This document shows positions 59,107-64,000 of a stretch of 64,000 bases of DNA, piece by piece; the first letter of the stretch is position 1; every line of letters begins with the position of its first letter. The DNA is taken from positions 3,712,001 to 3,776,000 of the forward strand of contig OY762911.1 in assembly GCA_963666565.1 (NCBI GenBank), given 5' to 3'. The stretch comes from Thermoanaerobaculia bacterium (GTDB taxonomy: Bacteria; Acidobacteriota; Thermoanaerobaculia; Multivoradales; Multivoraceae). Under the pieces are notes generated by a model that saw only the letters and a program-made list of their open reading frames with translations, had not been told where the DNA came from and ran no database searches. The position numbers were made by a program, and so were the translations under genes.

Positions 59107-60089
59107 GACGCCGCCTTGTAGCCGTAGCAGGCCCATGCCCGCCCATCCGCGGCGGTCTCCAGGAGCGGCGCCGCCTCCACGCAACGCTCCCGCACATGGG
59201 GACAGCGCGGCGCGAAGGCGCAGCCCGCCGGCAGCGCCGCGAGGTCGGGCGGCTGGCCCTCGATCGACTCCAGGCGGCCACCGGCGTCGCCCTCCAGCCG
59301 GGGCACCGAGCGCAGCAGCCCCTGGGTGTAGGGGTGGCGCGGGTCCGCGTAGAGCGCGGCGGCCGGCCCGCTCTCGACGATCCGGCCGCCGTACATGACC
59401 GCCACCCGGTCGGCGTAGCGGGCGACCACGCCGAGATCGTGCGTGATCAGGATGAGCGCCGAGTCGGTCTCCCGCGTGCGCTCCTTGAGCAGTTCCAGGA
59501 TCTGCGCCTGGACGGTGACGTCGAGCGCCGTCGTCGGCTCGTCGGCGATCAGAAGCCGCGGGTGGCACGCCAACGCCATCGCGATCATCACCCGCTGCCT
59601 CATGCCGCCCGAGAACTGGTGCGGGTAGTCGCCGAGCCGCTGCGCGGCGTCCGGAATCGCCACCGACCCGAGCAGCCGGGCCGCCTCCTCCAGGGCCTCG
59701 CTCCGCCTGAGCCCCCGGTGCAGGCGAAGCGGTTCCGCCACCTGCCGACCGATCGTGAGCACCGGATTGAGCGAGGACATCGGCTCCTGGAAGATCATCG
59801 CGATGCGGTTGCCGCGGACCGAGCGGATGCCGGCGTCGTCGAGCGCCAGCAGGTCCCGTCCCTCGAAGAAGATCCCGCCGCTCTCGATCCGCCCCGGCTC
59901 GGGGACGAGCCGCAGGATCGAGAGGGCGGTGACGCTCTTGCCCGATCCGCTCTCTCCCACGATCGCCAGCGTCTCGCCGGGCGCGACCTTGAAGGAGACG
60001 GAATTCACCGCGCGCACCGGCGGCCGACTGCCGAAGCCGGAGCGGAAGGCGACGTTCAGGTCCTCGACCCGGAGCAGAGGTTCCGTCAC
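59103..60089 (-). CDS. Peptide/nickel ABC transporter ATP-binding subunit (DppD/OppD-like)
   Basis: [33 protein letters not shown]. Confidence 0.93.
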   Translation of the reverse strand: MTEPLLRVEDLNVAFRSGFGSRPPVRAVNSVSFKVAPGETLAIVGESGSGKSVTALSILRLVPEPGRIESGGIFFEGRDLLALDDAGIRSVRGNRIAMIFQEPMSSLNPVLTIGRQVAEPLRLHRGLRRSEALEEAARLLGSVAIPDAAQRLGDYPHQFSGGMRQRVMIAMALACHPRLLIADEPTTALDVTVQAQILELLKERTRETDSALILITHDLGVVARYADRVAVMYGGRIVESGPAAALYADPRHPYTQGLLRSVPRLEGDAGGRLESIEGQPPDLAALPAGCAFAPRCPHVRERCVEAAPLLETAADGRAWACYGYKAAS

Positions 60090-60160
60090 AACGGGTCGGG
60101 CGCCTCCTTCGGCGCCGGCGGCCCGGTACCCTCGCCGCTTCGCGGGGCGCCTTCCCGGAA

Positions 60161-60184
60161 GCCGGCCGGGAAGCCGGCGCGCCC
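60161..60184 (-). repeat. REP-like element, variant B-like
   Basis: Minus strand reads GGGCGC-GCCGGC-TTCCCG-GCCGGC. Confidence 0.55.
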
Positions 60185-60207
60185 GGTGGCCACGGTACGC
60201 ACCGCCA

Positions 60208-62175
60208 TCAGAAGCCCATCTCCCGCTTCATCTCCCGGTCGATCCATAGCCTCGCGTAGATCGGACCGGGCCGCACCGCGCCGGCCCGCAGCTCGCCGCC
60301 GTAGTTCTTCACCCAGGGCCACCAGGCCGTGTAGATGTAGGGCACGGGCAACCAGAGGTAGGGCGCCTCGTCCAGCATCTCCCTCGTGATCCGCTTGACG
60401 ATCCGCTGCCGCTCGGTCTCGTCGCGGGTCAGGAACATCTCGTGGATCCGGCGGTCCAGCTCCGGGTTGGACCACATCGACGGGTTCCAGGTCTGGCCGG
60501 TGACGAAGTTCTTGCGGAGCGTGGTCGTCGGGTTCACGTGGCCGCTGGCCATCAGGTAGCCGGGACCGTGGGTGCGGGTGGTCATCATCGACAGGTAGGC
60601 CGCGTACTCCACGACCTCGATCTCGATCGTCACCCCGACCCGGTCCAGGTAGCTCGCCAGCAGAGGCGCCAGCTCCATCCGCATCGCGTTGTTGGCCGAC
60701 ACCTGCATCCTGAAGGTGAAACCGTCGGGGTAGCCGGCCTCGGCGAGCAGGCGGCGCGCCTTCTCGGGCTTGTACTCGAACAGTTCCCGCACGGACTCCG
60801 GCATCGCCTCGAGCGGCTCGAAGTAGCCCTCCCACGTAGGATGCTGCGGGTAGGCGAATAGCTCGGCGTTGCCGCCGAAGAACAGGTCGACGATCTCCCG
60901 CTGGTTGACCGCCAGGTTGATCGCCCGCCGAACCCTCACGTCGTCGAACGGCTTCTGGTCGACCCGCATGACCATGAAGGTGCCGCCGGTCGACAGCCAC
61001 CGCGACCAGCGGAGTTCCGGGGTCGTCTTCTTCAGGTGGTCGACGGCGATCCACCGGATGTACTCCAGGATGTCCAGCTTGCCCGTGCGAATGGCGGTCA
61101 GGTAGGTCGCCTCGTCCTTGATCGTGCGGTAGGTGAGCTTGTCGATGAACGGGATCTCGTAGCTCTCGCCGCCGACCGTCGTCCGGTCCCAGTAGTCCGG
61201 CCTGCGGACGTAGGTCTGGGAGTTGCCGGGGATGAACCGCTCCAGCGAGAACGGGCCGGTGCCGGTGACGTTCCGCCAGTCCTTGGCGTCCACGTCGCCA
61301 AGTTCCCTGGGCACGATGCCCGAGAAGTAGCCGTAGCCGAAGCGGTAGTCCCACTCGGCGTTGAACTCGCCGAACTCGAAGACGACCGTGCGGTCGTCCC
61401 TCGCCGCGACGCGGTCGATGTGATCGAAGTAGGTCGGGATCGCCTTCGGACTGTCGCGCTGGCGCTCGTAGCTGAACACGACGTCGTGGGCGTCCAGTTC
61501 CCGCGCCTCCATCACTCCGGGCTTGTCCGGGAACGTCATGCCGCGCCGGACGTCGATGACCAGGGTCAGCGGGTCTTCCCATTCCCAGCTCGCGGCGACT
61601 TCTCCGCGAATCGTCTCGGGCGACATGTACGCCTCGGAGACGAATCGCTGATCGCCGCCCCGGACGGCGGCCTGGTCGAGGTCGCCGACGAAGAGCTGCT
61701 CGTACAGCATCCCCGTGTCGTGGTTCTGCTTCCAGTTCCAGTCCGTCGTGTCCCAGGACAGGGCCGACAGGGTGACGTAGACGGTGCCGACGTTCAGCTC
61801 GCCGCCGTACCGCGGCGGTTCCACCGGGGCCGGGCCGGGCTCGTAGGAAAGGTCGGCGCCCATGTCGGTGCCTCCGGCGAGCGACGGGGACCGGGCGGGG
61901 GGCGCGTCGCCGCACGCGCCCACGAGAAGGGCCAGGGTCACCGGAAGCACGACGCCGCCGAGGCGTCGTTCAACTCGACATCTTGAGCCGGCGTGAGCCT
62001 TCCAACCGAGGCGGGTTTGGGGTCGAAGCGGCAGGCGCGTTCGTCGCCGCTTCGCGAAGCGTTTCCTGGCCGCCCGCGGCGGCAGCCGGCAAGGACGCCG
62101 GCGCACCCGGTGCGGCGGGGCGTCCTCGGCCAACATGCTCGTCGGGCTGAGGCGAACCTCCGTCAGTTCTCTCAT
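60208..62175 (-). CDS. Family 5 ABC substrate-binding lipoprotein
   Basis: Lipobox [27 protein letters not shown]...[14 protein letters not shown]. Start uncertain: the ATG at 62175 overlaps the upstream stop but adds about 70 aa before the signal peptide. Confidence 0.88.
   Translation of the reverse strand: MRELTEVRLSPTSMLAEDAPPHRVRRRPCRLPPRAARKRFAKRRRTRLPLRPQTRLGWKAHAGSRCRVERRLGGVVLPVTLALLVGACGDAPPARSPSLAGGTDMGADLSYEPGPAPVEPPRYGGELNVGTVYVTLSALSWDTTDWNWKQNHDTGMLYEQLFVGDLDQAAVRGGDQRFVSEAYMSPETIRGEVAASWEWEDPLTLVIDVRRGMTFPDKPGVMEARELDAHDVVFSYERQRDSPKAIPTYFDHIDRVAARDDRTVVFEFGEFNAEWDYRFGYGYFSGIVPRELGDVDAKDWRNVTGTGPFSLERFIPGNSQTYVRRPDYWDRTTVGGESYEIPFIDKLTYRTIKDEATYLTAIRTGKLDILEYIRWIAVDHLKKTTPELRWSRWLSTGGTFMVMRVDQKPFDDVRVRRAINLAVNQREIVDLFFGGNAELFAYPQHPTWEGYFEPLEAMPESVRELFEYKPEKARRLLAEAGYPDGFTFRMQVSANNAMRMELAPLLASYLDRVGVTIEIEVVEYAAYLSMMTTRTHGPGYLMASGHVNPTTTLRKNFVTGQTWNPSMWSNPELDRRIHEMFLTRDETERQRIVKRITREMLDEAPYLWLPVPYIYTAWWPWVKNYGGELRAGAVRPGPIYARLWIDREMKREMGF
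62085..62108 (-). repeat. REP-like element, variant B
   Basis: Minus strand reads GGGTGC-GCCGGC-GTCCTT-GCCGGC, followed by the same second hairpin and CCAGGAA flank as at about 46965-46988. Confidence 0.7.
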
Positions 62176-63068
62176 GTTCCTCTCATCCGCGGGTCGAGCA
62201 AGTCGCGCAAGGCGTCACCGAAGACGTTCGCCGCGTAGACGACGACGGTCAGACAGATGCCGGGCGCCAGCGCCAGCCACGGCCCCAGGTACAGGTAGGT
62301 GCGGCCGTCGCCGGAGAGCATCCCGCCCCAGGTCGGCGCCGGCGGCGGCACGCCGAGGCCCAGGAACGAGAGCGCCGCCTCCGAGAGGATGACCGCGCCG
62401 ACGCGGGTCGTGAACAGGACGATGACGACCGGCATCACGTTGGGCAGGACGTGGCGCCGCAGGATGTGGAACGTCCCGGCGCCGATGGACTGCGCCGCGT
62501 GGGTGTAGACGTGCTCCCGCACCGAGGTCACCGCGCCGCGCACGATGCGCGATCCGGCAATGCCGTAGAGCAGGCCCAGGATGATCACGATCTGCGTGAC
62601 CCCGGGGCCGACGACCGACACGATGACGATCAGGAGCACCAGGTCCGGGAAGGTCATCCAGGCGTCGACCAGCCGCTGCGTCAGCATGTCGAACCAGCCG
62701 CCGAGGTAGCCCGAGAGGACGCCGATGACGATCGAGACCACGGTCGCCAGCCCGGCGGCGCAGAAGCCGACGATCATCGACAGTCGCGCCCCCATCAACA
62801 CCCGCGAGAACAGATCGCGTCCGAGGTGGTCCGTGCCGAGAAGAAACTGCCAGGACGGAGGCTCCAGCCGATGCGCCAGGTCCGTCTCGTTGATGCCGTA
62901 CGGCGCCAGCACGCCCGCGAAGACACCGGAGAACAGGAAGACAAGGAACACGACCGCGCCGGCGGCACCCAGGGGCTTGGTGCGGAACAGCCGGACCGTG
63001 AAGTCCAGCCACGGCGCGCGCTCGCGCGCCGGCAGGACGTTCGGAGCGGCGGCGGCAACGGTGGTCAT
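62172..63068 (-). CDS. Peptide ABC transporter permease (DppC/OppC-like)
   Basis: LGTDHLGRDLFSR, AA...GA....I..RHVLPN, EAALSFLGLG, P.WG.ML, GDALRD.LDPR. Confidence 0.93.
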   Translation of the reverse strand: MTTVAAAAPNVLPARERAPWLDFTVRLFRTKPLGAAGAVVFLVFLFSGVFAGVLAPYGINETDLAHRLEPPSWQFLLGTDHLGRDLFSRVLMGARLSMIVGFCAAGLATVVSIVIGVLSGYLGGWFDMLTQRLVDAWMTFPDLVLLIVIVSVVGPGVTQIVIILGLLYGIAGSRIVRGAVTSVREHVYTHAAQSIGAGTFHILRRHVLPNVMPVVIVLFTTRVGAVILSEAALSFLGLGVPPPAPTWGGMLSGDGRTYLYLGPWLALAPGICLTVVVYAANVFGDALRDLLDPRMRGT

Positions 63069-63073
63069 CGACA

Positions 63074-63256
63074 GCTCATCCGTACCGCTCGACCGCTCAT
63101 CCGCCGCGCTCGATCGCTCATCCGCCGCGTGCGACGGCTCACGCGCAGCGCTCGACGGCTCACCCGCACTGCGCGAGGAATCGTCCGTGCCGCTTGACGG
63201 CTCACCCGCGGCACGCGACGGCTCACCTGCACTGGGCGAGGAATCATCCGTAGCGC
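63074..63256. repeat. Degenerate 21-bp tandem array (about 8.5 copies) between the two permease genes
   Basis: Unit approx. GCTCA(T/C)CCGCNGCGCTCGACG starting at 63074, 63095, 63116, 63137, 63158, 63179, 63200, 63221 and 63242. Confidence 0.85.
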
Positions 63257-64000
63257 ACCTTCGGGTCGAGCCAGCCGTAGCTCAGGTCGACCAGCAGGTT
63301 GATCAGCAGCACCGCGACGCCGACGACCAGAAACACGCCCGAGATCACCGGGTAGTCGCGCTCGTAGACGCCCTCCAGGAGCAGCAGCCCCATCCCCGGG
63401 ATGACGAAGATCTGTTCCATCACCACCGTGCCGCCGATCAGCAGCGGCGCCTGCAGCCCGATCAGTGTGACGACCGGAATCAGCCCGTTCTTGAGGGCAT
63501 GCTGCACGACCACCGCCCGCTCGCGCAGTCCCTTGGCGCGGGCGGTGCGCACGTAGTCCTGGCGCATTACCTCCAGCATCATCGTCCGGGTCATCCGCAT
63601 CGTCACCGCCGACATCGAGAGCCCGAGCAGGATCGCGGGCACGATCAGGTGGCTGAGGTTCGCCAGCGGATCGACCGTGAAGGGCGTGTACTCGAGCTCC
63701 GGCGCCCAGCGCCACCAGACCGAAGGGAAAACCATGACGAGGGTACCCAGCCAGAAGCCGGGCACGGCCAGCATCACCAGCGAGAACGACCGCGCCGTGT
63801 AGTCCATCGCGGAGTCCTGGCGGGTCGCCGACAGGATCCCGACCGGCACCGCCACCGAGAGCGCGACGATCATCGCCAGGAGCCCCAGCTCGAAGGTCAC
63901 CGGCAGCCGCTCCAGGATCTGCTCCAGCACCGGCGTGCTCCGCCACAGAGACTGGCCCAGATCGCCGCGCAGCGCGTCGCCCGCCCAGCGCAGGTACTGC
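63244..64000 (-). CDS. Peptide ABC transporter permease (DppB/OppB-like), 5' end outside the window
   Basis: QYLRW..DALRGDLGQS, RLP.T.EL, QDYVRTARAKGL, RDYPVI, DL.Y..LDP.VR. Confidence 0.92.
   Translation of the reverse strand, partial: QYLRWAGDALRGDLGQSLWRSTPVLEQILERLPVTFELGLLAMIVALSVAVPVGILSATRQDSAMDYTARSFSLVMLAVPGFWLGTLVMVFPSVWWRWAPELEYTPFTVDPLANLSHLIVPAILLGLSMSAVTMRMTRTMMLEVMRQDYVRTARAKGLRERAVVVQHALKNGLIPVVTLIGLQAPLLIGGTVVMEQIFVIPGMGLLLLEGVYERDYPVISGVFLVVGVAVLLINLLVDLSYGWLDPKVRYG

Noticed and set aside
63074-63256. CRISPR array or coding repeat of the permease
   Set aside because: Degenerate head-to-tail units without spacers, lying outside both permease frames.

Overview
High-GC bacterial chromosomal window, densely coded (about 50 CDS, mostly on the minus strand). 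No rRNA, tRNA, CRISPR array or transposase was seen. Gene content (DUF1592/DUF1552 cluster, PQQ beta-propellers, sulfatase, DUF6152 with paralogous secreted hypotheticals, CIRCE-regulated groESL) suggests an Acidobacteriota-like heterotroph; this is inference only. Most genes encode exported or catabolic enzymes and transporters. There is a small defence-like islet: a frameshifted single-chain nuclease/N6-methyltransferase convergent with a DUF3553-type gene. Main leads: (1) an AAA+/DUF4143 ATPase-nuclease gene directly preceded by a spacer-less, iteron-like 23-bp tandem array; (2) several operon junctions whose inserted or repeat DNA forms short 'bridge' ORFs overlapping both the upstream stop and the downstream start; (3) a dispersed REP-like family with a constant GGGTGC tail and co-varying stems; (4) an uncharacterised exported module (PQQ dehydrogenase, EYACHEGNY paralogues, and a DUF6152 protein with a predicted N-terminal His-His); (5) a HACL-type ThDP lyase coupled to a CoA-transferase. 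All family calls come from motif recognition by eye, not database searches.
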